Positions 27,467-39,565 of a DNA stretch of 64,000 nucleotides are shown here, in pieces. The notes under the pieces were generated by a model. That model did not search any database. It was not told the origin of the DNA and saw only the letters and a list, made by a program, of their open reading frames with translations. The stretch lies in the NCBI GenBank assembly GCA_965153455.1, contig OZ234493.1:36074213-36138212 (forward strand). The letters run 5' to 3'. The position numbers were made by a program, and so were the translations under genes. This DNA is from Sphagnum compactum. Its lineage: Eukaryota. Position 1 is the first letter of the stretch; each line of letters starts with the position of its first letter.

Positions 27467-27491
27467 AGCCGTTGGAATGAATTCAAAACGG
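27467..27491 (-). promoter_or_regulatory. MSA elements in the MAD2 promoter
   Basis: AGCCGTTGGA (minus TCCAACGGCT, full YCYAACGGYY) at 27467-27476 and AACGG at 27487-27491, about 450 bp upstream of the ATG of a mitotic gene. Confidence 0.65.
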
Positions 27492-28126
27492 CGGAATTTG
27501 AGGGCATTATGGTTTTGGATGACTTATTTCATCCAGCTGTCCTGGGGACAGTATTTCATCCATTATTGTCTGGCGTGGCAGATATTAAAGTCACCGTACC
27601 TACCTAAGACTGATGTTCAGCACTTCTTTGTATTTATTTATTTTAGAAAATGAGGTTTGGCAGTTTCAAATTGAATTTTCCAATATATCTTGTGTTGTAC
27701 ATTTGTAAATTCTAATAGTAACCCATCAGTTTTCTAGCCTCAACAATTTAGACTAATATCAATTTTCTTTTTTCTTTTTCACCTCAATATTTTTGCAAAT
27801 TATTTTGTGTTGAACATTAGTTGTAGGTACAATATCCATAAAGTGGGCCTCACTCTACTCACTCATTTTCCCTTTTCATCATTTGCCCACTCAAGTTCAT
27901 CAAAGTAAAGATAATTATGCAAAACTAAACATGAAGTCCCACAAATCGTTTTTGTTTTAATTGCACTACGTTCTACCCAATGACATTACAAAGCGAGCAC
28001 ATGAGTGTGAGCTTCTGAGCATGAACCTATGAGCAGGAATGAATATATTTAAAATATTATGATGATAGGGACAAAATATTTTTAGAATATCCTGATGCCA
28101 CGTAGGAATGACATGGGAAATATTTT

Positions 28127-28450
28127 GTCACATGTACATGGATGAAAGTCACAAAATGGATGAAAATTTTGGATGAAGGTGAACATCAATGAATTTTTGG
28201 ATGGTAAATGCAAGTAGACAAATTGTTTGGATGAAATTTTTGACTAGTTAAATTGTATGGATGAAACTAATTTCAAAACAGTTATGCCGAATGGAAATCA
28301 CATGTACATGGATGAAACATTTGGATGAAAGTTGAACATCAATGAGCTTTTTGGATGATAAATGGAAGTAGACGAAATGTTTGGATGAAAGTTCTGACTA
28401 GTTGAATGTATGGATGAAATTAATTCCAAAACAGTTATGACAAATGGAAA
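28127..28450. repeat. Tandem duplication (about 170 + 150 bp) rich in TGGATGAA, part of an unclassified interspersed repeat
   Basis: TCACATGTACATGGATGAAA...GAACATCAATGA...AAGTAGAC...TGACTAGTT...CAAAACAGTTATG present twice. Confidence 0.85.
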
Positions 28451-31400
28451 AAATTGGACTCACATAATTTTAATGTCAAACTTCATTTGTGAAAAATGGT
28501 GTCAAAGGTGAAACTCCAAGAAAATACTTTACAATGTAAGAAGATGAAACAATAACTTGTGTAAATTAAGTTAAATCACACAATAAGTCAAGGGTAGGAA
28601 GTTCACATAATGATGGAATGGGAAAATACTTGAAAAATTAGTGAATAATGCATTCCACACAACTTGTTGCAAAATGTTTTTATTTATACAACAAAATGCA
28701 TTATGAAACAATAAAACCCATAATAGTCCTATTTAAACCCTTGTCAAATGACATTGCAACCTACTTCAACTCCAAGACTTTGGCACTACCTAATCTTATA
28801 ATTCACTTGTCTGTCTGTGATAGGGCTTGGGAAGGGGGTTTGGCAGAACCGGCCGGCCTCTAAATATACCTAGATGGGGAAAACATAGTTTATTTTGACT
28901 AATCGACGTAGCTGACAGAAACGAGGTCCCGAAATGAGCTGCAACTGGCCTGAAATGTTCCAGCGCCAGGTGCGGGTCGTGGTGGCGGAGAGGCACACGC
29001 TCGCTGGATCCTCCGTCTCCCCGCACAGACATCAAAACAGAATTTGCGAAGCAAAGGTCACAAGTACCCACTAGTAATCTATGAACCCCATTCCAGCTCC
29101 AAGAATGGTTATCTAACTTTAGAAAACATGGCATATTGCAAAATGTAATACAAGTGCTCGCATTGCACCCATGGCCCTTGCCCACCAAAGGATATAGACA
29201 TCATGGAAGAAAAATCCATGCAATTGTAAGCTAGGTAATCATTAATTATTATCTCATATTGCTTATGATTTTTTAGCGGTCCTGAGAGGAGGTAGTAAAT
29301 CCGTCCATATCCTGAAGGAAGAATGGTTAAGGGAATTAATAGTGTGGGTTCAAGGACTCAATGGGAAAGTAATAATGAATTTTTTTTCCCCAAGCTTTAT
29401 AGCACAAAGACCTTAGGTATTAAGGTTTACAAAATAATCAATTGCTACAAGGATCCAATGCCATGTACTTCTACACAAGACTCCAAACTTTGGAATTTAT
29501 GGGTTTTTTGGGTCATTGAAAAAACAGGTCCCAAAATGATTTTTTTAAATTATTTTTTCCATAGGTGCAAATAATCTATACTTTAGATGCTGGTAAGAAA
29601 AAAGGAATTATTTATTTCATTTAACAATAAAATGGAAAATGGGGAATCCAATGACAACTTGAGACTCAATTTTGCATAGTCCTAGTATGTCCTGTACTGA
29701 AAACACGTGCCATACACAATGTGAGATGAAATCACATAGACATCACAATGACATCACCCAAGTAATCCCAATTGTTTGTTTTTTTTAATCAGACGCTTGC
29801 CCTTCGTCTCTCATTTTGGTGTTAGATTCTAAACTGTTGCAATTTGTTCATGCATTGCACACATGTTCATGTGTATAGTGTTTTCGAATCGTTCTATCTT
29901 TTGGAAGAACCATTGAATGTGACAACATGAACTTGAATGACTTAGAGGAAGTTCTAGGAACACTTGCAATTGGCATTGAATATGAATACAAACAATCCCA
30001 ACCCCTTCAACCCAAACCTCATTTTTTTATGGGAGCCATTACCTTGGTTTTGTATAGACTACCCTAAAGATTGTTGGTTTATAAAGTTTCAACAAATGTG
30101 CATCCATGGGGCATTCAAATGATTTCATGTACTCATGTTCTAAAAAATGTGACTTATCAAGATTATACTTTGTGTGTGCAAAGGCAAGAATGGGCATTTC
30201 ATACATATTTTTCATTAGCAGGCTAGTGATTTCTAATTAGTGTTGACAAGGACCAAATGCATTCGATTAACAAGGTTTGAACTTTTTAAAACCTTAACAG
30301 TTTGTTTTTGGGCATATTTATTTGTCTTATTGAAAGTTTTATGACATTTTGATAACCATGTTAATCTAACTTGGCTTGTCATTCTTGCTATGTTATATGC
30401 ATTTTAAAGGTTTGAAGATAGTAGCATTGGTTGCAATTTCGGTTCAATGGCAAGCATTGGACATAGATTTTAGGTTGATGCACAATCAAGTTGTGAGCAT
30501 GAGAGTAGTTGCTAGCAATCGACATGTGAACAACAAAACTGGAGTGTTTAAGAACAAAGGTCCAACGAGAGAGGTCATGAAGTTTCTACTAACTTGTGGT
30601 CTAGGGATCACAAGTGGTGCTTGTTTGTGGTGGTGTTTGCTTAAGTGAAAAAAACAAGCAACAACATATATATAAAGGTATTAACTATGACGTCCAAGCC
30701 CAAAACATTCAATTGAACAACATTTGATGATAGTTTCATTTTTAGGGTTAAAAGTTTGAAGTTGAACTTGCAGGTTTGTAATTTTAGGATCTTTGTAATA
30801 AAACAAAAGGTTATGGTTTGTGAGATTGCTTTTACAAACCATAACCTTAATGTTGTCAAAACTAGAGAGTTGTTGCTTTTAGGAGGTTTGCGGTAGGGCA
30901 CCTTAGGTTGTAATGAGCATCATGATGGACATAACAATAGTTGTTGTTCAAGGATTCAATATATGAACTTGAGCTCTGCATAGTGCAATAGAAAAGAAGG
31001 AACCTTAATAAACAACCATTGCACAATCACCCATTATAAAACTAAGTCTATAGTTGTTGAAGCTTGGCTTCAATGCTCCAACTTTAGATTCCTACATGCT
31101 GCTCTCTAGATTGAATTATGTTGCATGACATGTGATTCAAGGCTACTGAGCTGCATGAAGCTCAATTATGTACCTGGCAACATACAAAGCTTTTCAAGCC
31201 CCAAGTTGATTCTATAGTGTATCACACGTGTGTTTTGTGCAAAGTTCCTTACCAAACTTGGGTGCTTGAATTGCTTGCAATGTTGCAGATAGGTAGGTAT
31301 TGTGGGGATGCATACATGGAACAGTTTTCTTGTAAGATAACATACCAAAAACAAAACACTGATAGAAAGCTGACATAAAGACATAGACATAGAGATGTGA

Positions 31401-32944
31401 CAAAAAGATTGTGTGTATGTGTGAAGAGCTTGGGTTTGACTATTGCTAGAATGAGGAATGAGTTGAATTTCATGTGTAGTAGTAACTCAAGATAGGAAGG
31501 GATTGATTCCAAGGCTTGTGAGGAGATAAAAGGGCAAGTGGAAACATGCAAGAGTTGTTAAAAAACAACATATGGTTTTCAGCAAGATGCTATACCTATT
31601 AAGATTAATCTAGCAAACGTGAATAGGAGATGGGAATGTTTCTCTGGTGGTTTAATGGAAGGGCATTGAATTGATGGAGTAGAAGGACCTAAAGCTGGTA
31701 GAACTTGGGGCTAAAAATGTTGATAAAGAAAGATATTGTTAGAATGTCCCATTGGAACTTATCTTGTTTTGGAGATGCAAGATGAACTAAATGAAGAATT
31801 TTTTGATCCATAGTATGTGAATAGGTAAAATCCCCACACAAGGAGTTTAGTAGATGAAGGAGGATTTTTTTATGGTGTCTAGAAGTGGTGTTAAACAAAT
31901 TGGAAGGGAATGAAATTCTTGAATAACCATTAGTTGTTTTACAGTTCCAGGAGACAATAAATTATCAAGGTCAAGAAGGTTTGACCATTATATGGCAGAT
32001 TATTTTGATGAAGAGGGAGGTGATGGTAAGAGTTGCACTGAAGAAGAGGCGGTTGATGAGAAAGAACAAGGTATCATAGAGGATGGAGGAGTTAAAACAA
32101 AGTTTAGAATAAGAGTTGTTGAAGAAGAGGTGAGGCCTATGACCCACATTTTTGTTGTTGTTTTATTTTCAACTAAATGATGATATTATTCAATGTAAAA
32201 GATAATAGGATGGTATTGTATAAAAGAACACATATGATGCAACATGAGATAATGTGAAAGAAGGGAGAGAAAGTGGAAGTTGGGCCAAGCCAATAAAATT
32301 GCATTACATGTTAGCAAGAGTAAACTGGATTTTGAAGCATGAGAGGTCTGACAAATCAAAAGGTTATATATGTTTACTTAAATATGTTGGAATTAAACTA
32401 TATCCATGTGACATACACATGGGATAGACTGTATGTTGAGTAGGTCAGGGTTTTTTATTGATGTAATTGATCAAACATGATGACTGTACATGTGAACAAA
32501 TGGCAGGAATATCTATTCAAGATGTGTATTGAATGGCCAAAATAATGGCAAATGGATGGCAATTATTTACATTGGCATGATGAATACCTGGTCTAGAGGT
32601 TTCCAATTGTAACAGTGAATTTTCAACCAGTTTTGTGGTTTGTTCCTTTATTTGCAATGGTTTGGATCAAGTTTATTTTGAAATTGTTGGACTAATCTTT
32701 CAATGGCCACAGTAACTCATTTTAACCCTATTGCAGAACAAGTCCTGTAGCAATATATATATAATATATGGAAGTTTGTACTACAACATGTCTACAAGTT
32801 GAAAGCTAATAAAGGTCTTATTTTTCCAACTTAGTTTGAGTTTGAGAATCCTAACACCCCATATTTTATAGGAACTATCCTTACGTTATACAAATATTCG
32901 AAGCTCTTGAAACATTTAAGTATGGTCGTTAATTTTGGTTAGGT

Positions 32945-35545
32945 ATTGAAGGTCTATTAGCATTGTTGTGGAAATGGGCAATGCATGTAATGAACATTGA
33001 GACGAAGAAAGAACAAGGATTAGACTTGCTGATGAGGCTACGGAGAAAGTTCATCATGCCATTATACGAAGGAACAACAAATTGAGGTTAAAGGAGAGAG
33101 AAGAAGCATTACAAGAACAAGTACGGGAGGCCGTTGAGCAAGATGATCATGAAGATGATCCCAACATTAACCGAGCTGCTGCAATATATGCAAAAAAGAT
33201 GAACCACATGTTACATGCATCTACAAGTTATAGGGGTGAAAGATTCCAAAAGAAGGTGTTTGAAAAACTGGTATGTGAGCCATTCTTAAATGATTTGATG
33301 CCGAATTTTGTTGTCAATCGCAAAACATTGCAAGAATGTGCTACAATTTGTAGTAGTTTAACTTTTGCTTAGAGTGATTTAAAGTATGGCAATGGGAAAG
33401 ACCAATAATTAGCCTAAAATGTTGTAGAAATTGTAGTGGTATCAACATGTGATAGCAAGAGTGTAAGAACGGTTGGAAGATGTGTGGGTTTCAATAAAAG
33501 ATCTCTAAGGAGAGTAATGTAGCGCATAAAACTTTTAGAAATCAAAGTAACTGGAGAGAAATGGGCTAAAGGTGACAAAAAAACGTAAGAGAGATGCTCT
33601 CCCAGAGAGAATTGTTGTTATTGTTTTAGAATGGTGGACATATGAAACAAAGGTGTCACCCAACAAAAAAAAGGTTATTACAACCCTCATTGCAAGAAAT
33701 GTGAAGGAGATGCATGCAAAACATTATATGCAAGAGAACGAGGTAATTTTTTGATTTATTCCTATTCATTAAATTGATTTACATTCATGTGACAAGTAGT
33801 TTAGAATTGGAGCATTGGTGTGATGTGTGAGTGCTCATCTAATCAATTCCTTAACTTCTGTCCTTAAAGGTTTTATCAAATGCATTGTGGAAAAAATCAA
33901 GACCATGTGAATTGAGTCATGCGCTATAAATGTGATGGGTCTTGATAAGTCATGTATTTTCTTTTAGAGTCTTGCACATATGATGATGGTAGATGCAATC
34001 TTGCATTGGGTTTAATCTTGGACTATTTCAACACTCCTAGGTAAATAGATGTCCTACATTGGTTAATCCTTCATGACGACTTGCTCCTGCATAATTGGGT
34101 TGATTCTCGAACTATAATGTAGGTTATTACGAGTCCTAGGTAGCATAGTCTTGCATCTAGGTTGATTCCTAGACTATATTGTAAGTTATTAGAAGTCTTG
34201 GGTAGCATAGTCTTGCATATAGGTTGTTCCTAGACTATTCATTCAAAGGCCAAAATGAAATGCAGGAAGAACATTGGTTTAACTTTCAATTCACAGTCCT
34301 AGTCCATATTATATATATTGTAAACCCTAATTATGACCTTCGAAATGAACATAGCCAACGCTTGTGGATTAAGTATTTTTATTATATTAGTGATGATCAT
34401 AAACATGATAGTTTGTTTGTACAAAGATACTTGAACCTCCATTGGGCCCATTTTTATGCACAAAAGATATATCCCAAGCACCACATCATCTGGAGTGATG
34501 GATGTGCTGCCCAATTCAAGGGATCTCGCTCATGGTTCTATATTGCAAGACACCCTTTTCTTAATGTTTGCCCTGAACTTCCACATGGGTGCATGTTTGA
34601 TTGGCACTATTGGGGCACCGGTCATGGGAAGGGAACCCATGATGGTGCCAGGGCTTGCCTCAAGCAATACATCAAGACTGAGCAATTGCGGTCTAATGGT
34701 CTAAAGATGCACAATGCTTATGGTGTTACCAAGTTGTTGCAAACTACCATGAACATTGCCCATGATGCATATATGAGAGCAAGGCTAGAAGTTGCCAAAA
34801 ACTTTATTGAAATCCAAGTGAGTGAAGTGGATAGGCAATGCTTATATAGTTGTAAAATAGTTTATGGATAACATAGGATGCATTCTATTCATTTTGTGAG
34901 TCATTCTAACAACGTCCTACTTCAAGCTTGAAACTACAAGTGTTCATGCATCCATTGTGTGGATGATGTGGCTGGAATATGTACTAATTAGGTTCATGTA
35001 CAACCTTGGCAATTGGTAACTATGTTCCACTATTGATATGCTGGTGGAAGTTAATGATGATAACACAAATTGGGAGGCATGTCCAAACAACAACCAAGTG
35101 CATTTGAATTACAAGTTGGGGATAACTTTGTTGTTTGTGCAGAGCTCAAGAATGAGGAAAATTCATTGTTTTGGGTTCTCAAGTGTGTCAAACGTTTGTA
35201 CATGTATGAAAGGGACCAACCATTGACATATGATTATAACTTCATTATTGAGAAAGGAAATGAAGTAGTGGAAGGTTGTTATTATAAACAATTAGGGAGG
35301 AAAGAAACTTCATTTGTGATGGATGTAGGTAAAGCTCCTGCATATATCTATTCCCACCTTGTTTGTGCCTCAAAGTTTACAATGGTGAAAGTTGCACACA
35401 AATAGAAAGGAGGAATCATTGTTTACAATCTGCCAAGTGCTTCATGTGAAAGGATCAAATGTGTATTGGCAACTTGAGAATGTCATCTCAATAATGATTT
35501 TGAAACTGAATCTAATTCAGAGTTTTAGTCAAAAGATGAATGATC
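32945..35545 (+). mobile_element. Degenerate Sola2-like DDD transposase
   Basis: KRKRDALP...EWWTYETKVSPNKKKV; YSFKGQNEMQEEHW; ISDDHKHDSLFVQ; WSDGCAAQFK; WGTGHGKGTHDGA; Cys-rich C-terminal part. The first-D (DFxENY) region is replaced by a tandem repeat. Confidence 0.72.
34097..34237. repeat. About 62-bp tandem repeat, 2.3 copies
   Basis: GGTTGATTCCTAGACTATATTGTAAGTTATTAGAAGTCTTGGGTAGCATAGTCTTGCATATA-like unit. Confidence 0.85.
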
Positions 35546-37690
35546 ACGTGAAGGATGTGTTTGAAAAAATGAAACTAGGATTTCTTGTTGGTGGCCATAC
35601 ACATGAAAATATTGATGGATGTTTTGGCTATCTGTCAAAGAAGTTAAGATAACAAAATAATTACGTTTTGGCTGATTTTATGAAGGCATTCATGGTCTCC
35701 TAGGAGTGACCGTTTATTCCTCAGTTGATTCAGGAGATTCCAGATTTTAAGTCTTGGTGGTAGGTTGTTTGAAGCATGGTTTTGAAACGTTGGTAGGGCA
35801 TATTAATATGCATATTTACAAGTTTTTTGTTGATTCAACAGGTTGGCTTGTTATGCAATATAATGTTTCTCCCACAAATCTTGTTCGGAGTCTTGCAGAT
35901 GTGCTTCCAATTAAATTGTGGAAAGCTAATCCTGATGGGTCACCAAATTTATCTGCAAGCATGCCTAACCCTATTCTTTACTGCCCCATTTGGGGCATTG
36001 ATCCTTCCAAGTCTATTGAGAAACAAAAGTTCATTAGTGCCGGTCTATCCAAATATGTGGATTTTTAGAAGGTTGGCATTGCACAAAGTGTAACTTATGA
36101 AATGAAGATGAAACCCTATGTTGAGTATTGGGAGGATATCTTGTTACATTTGTCAAAACCCTTACCATGTCAAAGTGCCATTCTTTTGGAGGGGTTATGG
36201 CCGTCAAGCAATTGGAAATCCAACTATGCCAAGGCTTTGTTGTCAGCCGCTATTGATGGTGCTGATCCAGAAGACCCAATTCAACACCCTTATTGTGGGC
36301 CAAAGAACATGAAGCCTTCAATTGCGTACACCCTGTTTAAAAATCTTAATGACGGGGATTTTGTTTTTGTCAAGCCACATGATCCTAGCCTTTTTCTTGT
36401 TTGGATGGGAAGAATGTAAGGTTATGTTGTGAAAGATAAGGAGAATGCATTTTTCAAAATGGTGAGGGTTCAATGGTGGGTTCCTGTGAAGAAAAGTAAA
36501 AATTTGGATGAACAACATCTATATGAAGATTGTTAGAATGGTAAGTGGAAATGTAGTTTTGCAGAGTTAGAATAGTGGCTTGATATTTCATATGTTATTT
36601 TCTCATTCCAACTTGAAAAAAATATCAAACAAGAGTCAAATTTCTATTCCCGTTGCTTGTGTTAGTAGGGCTAAAGTGAATCTTGATACTATTAATGCAT
36701 CTAGCAATGTGTGAATTATGTTTTGAACATGGAGGAAATTGTGTTTTTGATTTCTCAGAGTCTTTAATATGATTAAATTGATCTCAGTGGTGTTTAATCA
36801 ATTTATTCATGGTACAAATTATTTGTGTATATTTTTGGACACTATTGATCAATAATGTTTTTTGTTGCATTTTAACCCTAATCCTTGGTGGCCTCTAGGC
36901 ATCCTCTTTTCTCATTCTTGGCATAGAACCTGAAATTTTTTAATGATTTTGTTATGTTTTTATGTTTGATGAAGTGTATTGTTTAATCAAATTCGTTGTA
37001 CAAAATTTTGTGTACATTCTTGGACAGTCATAATCAGTGATTTTTGTTGTTGCACCTTAACCTTATTCCTTAGTTGCCACCACTAGTGTATTGTTAACTT
37101 TCATTACATTGAGTTAAAATGTATAGTGAATGGTTGATGGTCTTTTTCATTTTACCTTAACCTTCATTCTTGGTGGCCACTAGTTATCTATTTTTTTCTT
37201 TCATGGCATAAAGTCTAAAAAATATTGAGGAATTTGTTTATCGCAGAAATTGGATACTTGTTATCAATATTCTTATATTTTTGATCTTAACCCTAATCCT
37301 TGGTGGCCACCAAATGTTTGCTTTGCTCTTTCATGCCATTGAGTCACCTGTAATTTTTAATGATTTTGTTATTGTATGAGAAACAACTTTGGATCCATAA
37401 GCATTATTGCGATTGATGAATTGCTTCATGTTGTGCTTAGTTTTTTGTAATTTAGTAAATAGAATTTTTGTTTATCATGGATAGGAGCATTGACTTCTAA
37501 CTTTAATAATGAATAACATATAATTTTCACTTGTTGGGCACAAGACAAAAAAAAATTTGCAACAAATTTTTTATTACATGTGGGTGTTATATTTTTGAAT
37601 GATTGTTGTTTTTACTTGAATATAAAATTACATTTGTTAAATCTAGTGGCCACTAGACGAAATTTACACCATCCATCTGGTTGGGTAAAG
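35546..37690 (+). mobile_element. 3' half of a Sola1-like transposase element with subterminal repeats
   Basis: VFEKMKLGFLVGGHTHENIDGCFGYLSKKL...PFIPQLIQEIPDFKSW. Degenerate ORF to about 36714, then four TTAACC(C/T)TAATCCTTGGTGGCC-like repeats (about 36871, 37056, 37156, 37286) and TAGTGGCCACTA at about 37644. Confidence 0.6.
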
Positions 37691-37856
37691 TTTTAAATTA
37701 ACAATTTAATCCTAAATTAACTAAATAATTGTTCCTAGAATCTCATTATGAAAGAGGGGGATTTAAAACTAATTTAGATTCTAAGCACAGAAGAAATGAT
37801 ATATATATTTTAAAAACCACCAAATTTCCCTCTGAATTTACTAATGACTAGTGTGG

Positions 37857-38258
37857 CCTGTGCCGTTGGCCCAAGTGTTACCATATCCTCAACTGATTTT
37901 TCCTTACAAAACCTGGTTTTTTGGAATCTATTTGAATTTTCAGTGGCAGAAATCACATAAAAATCAATATCTCCCACATTGTGAATCCAAATCTTACCAA
38001 ATAAATTTGGTTAAATCCTGCTCATCAAGATCTTTCCAACAACATCAAAGGCACATTCCCAATTCCTCCAAAATTTCCGTCTACGATTTAATTTAATTTG
38101 CAGTGAACTTTTGCACCACAAGTCCAAATGTCATGGAACCAAGCCCATGCACCCCTCCTCATCAAGAGCTTTCCAAAGACACCAAGAACACGATCTGAAG
38201 CATCCCAGTTCGGTGGATTTCATAATTACAAAACAAATTACCTTCCTTCATAGACAGG
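37857..38258. mobile_element. MITE-like non-coding repeat
   Basis: Short CCTGT...ACAGG inverted ends. Internal direct repeat CTCATCAAGA(T/G)CTTTCCAA.ACA.CAA at about 38021 and 38158. Confidence 0.4.
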
Positions 38259-38954
38259 TCTCCTTTCAAGGGAAGGCTACATTTAAGGCCTGGCGACAAA
38301 TGACCAACATCCCCTAAATTCTGCCCCATAAATCCTCTGTTGGAAAAAGGGGTACGTTTTCATGGCATTCTAAGGGAAAGGAATTCCTAACCCTTGAGAA
38401 TTCTGTGTATTTCTCGACCCCCAGCTTCATAGACTGTTGGGGTTGCCCAGTACTTGGTGGAAAAACAGGATGATCTCGTGCCCAGGCTTTTATCCAACCC
38501 ACCCCCCAAAGACCTGAAGAAAATTTCTTAGTGTATTGGGAGGCCATGTTCTAATCTGTAATTTCCCATCTGCTAAGGGATTGGGTTATTTTGTTCTTGA
38601 AGTGAGTTCTTGGGTTCCATGGTGAGATCTTCATTATTTTGAGTGGTTTCTTCCATCTTGGCTGAAGAAAGAAAAAGAATTTTTTTGTTGCATCTTTACA
38701 GCCAGGAATGTGTTTGAATGAAGACACTACTGGAATCGGGCCAATGCTTGCCTCATGCTAGCCCTCCTTCCATAATGCCCTAGCCTTGGGGTGTTTAGCT
38801 ACATCTAATGTCACTATATGTTGAAATGCATAAAACATACATATACCTACATCCATATTTTGTTGAAGTTTAACCTTGCATTGTTGTGGGCTCCTTATTT
38901 CTTTGTCAAGGCCATCAAAAAAATTTGGCATCAGGAAGGCATTGCTAGTGTAAG

Positions 38955-39565
38955 GTAAAGCCCAGGGTGGGGGGGCATTCCCAAAATAAGGGGCCTAGGC
39001 ATTTTGGGAATGTATAAATTTTATGTTGAACTATACCATGAACCTACCCATCCATACATCACACAAGGTGTAAGAGGGGACGGTTCTTACACCTACGCTT
39101 TAAGAGTGGGAGGGATCTTATGCCTACTTATAGGTGTGAGATCTGTCATCCTCTTTTCTAGGAAGGAATTCATGGATAAAAGGTGCCCTCTAAATACACT
39201 AGAAATTTTCTTTGGATTCTTTTCAAAAACATAAAGCATCAGCACCTTTTTCATCAAAAAGTTTCGATCACATTATAAAGGATGCAAACATCCTCCATCT
39301 TAAGTCGAGTGATAGCTGTAAGCTTAGCTACTTTCTAACTTCCACCTCTTTAAGACACACGTCCCATCATCACGGTCGATCTATTGCAATCCGTCGATTT
39401 TTGACATATAAATATAACCAACCTATCGCAGGCGATCAGTTATAGACATGGAAAGAATTTCACACTTACTTTGAGCCAACTTGACGTCCTGTCATTTCTC
39501 CTTTTTTCTTAATTTTACTCCTTTGTACATTTTCCTAATCTATGGTGTGTTTTTTTTAATAAAGC
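38955..39565. mobile_element. Second RLE retroelement remnant: a shared terminal segment plus a plus-strand C-terminal fragment
   Basis: 38955-38999 nearly matches 9971-10014 (GTAAAGCC.CAGGGTGGGG..CATTCCCAAAATAAGGGGCCTAGG). 39250-39405 reads QKVSITL*RMQTSSILSRVIAV...DLLQSVDF*, resembling the C-terminus at about 10350-10490. AATAAA at about 39558. Confidence 0.6.

Noticed and set aside
29325..32900. Possible left arm of the Sola2-like element
   Set aside because: No matching TIR or TSD found, and ORF fragments could not be assigned.
37972..37982. TCCCACATTG resembling the snRNA USE
   Set aside because: Lies inside a MITE-like repeat with no correctly spaced TATA or snRNA body.
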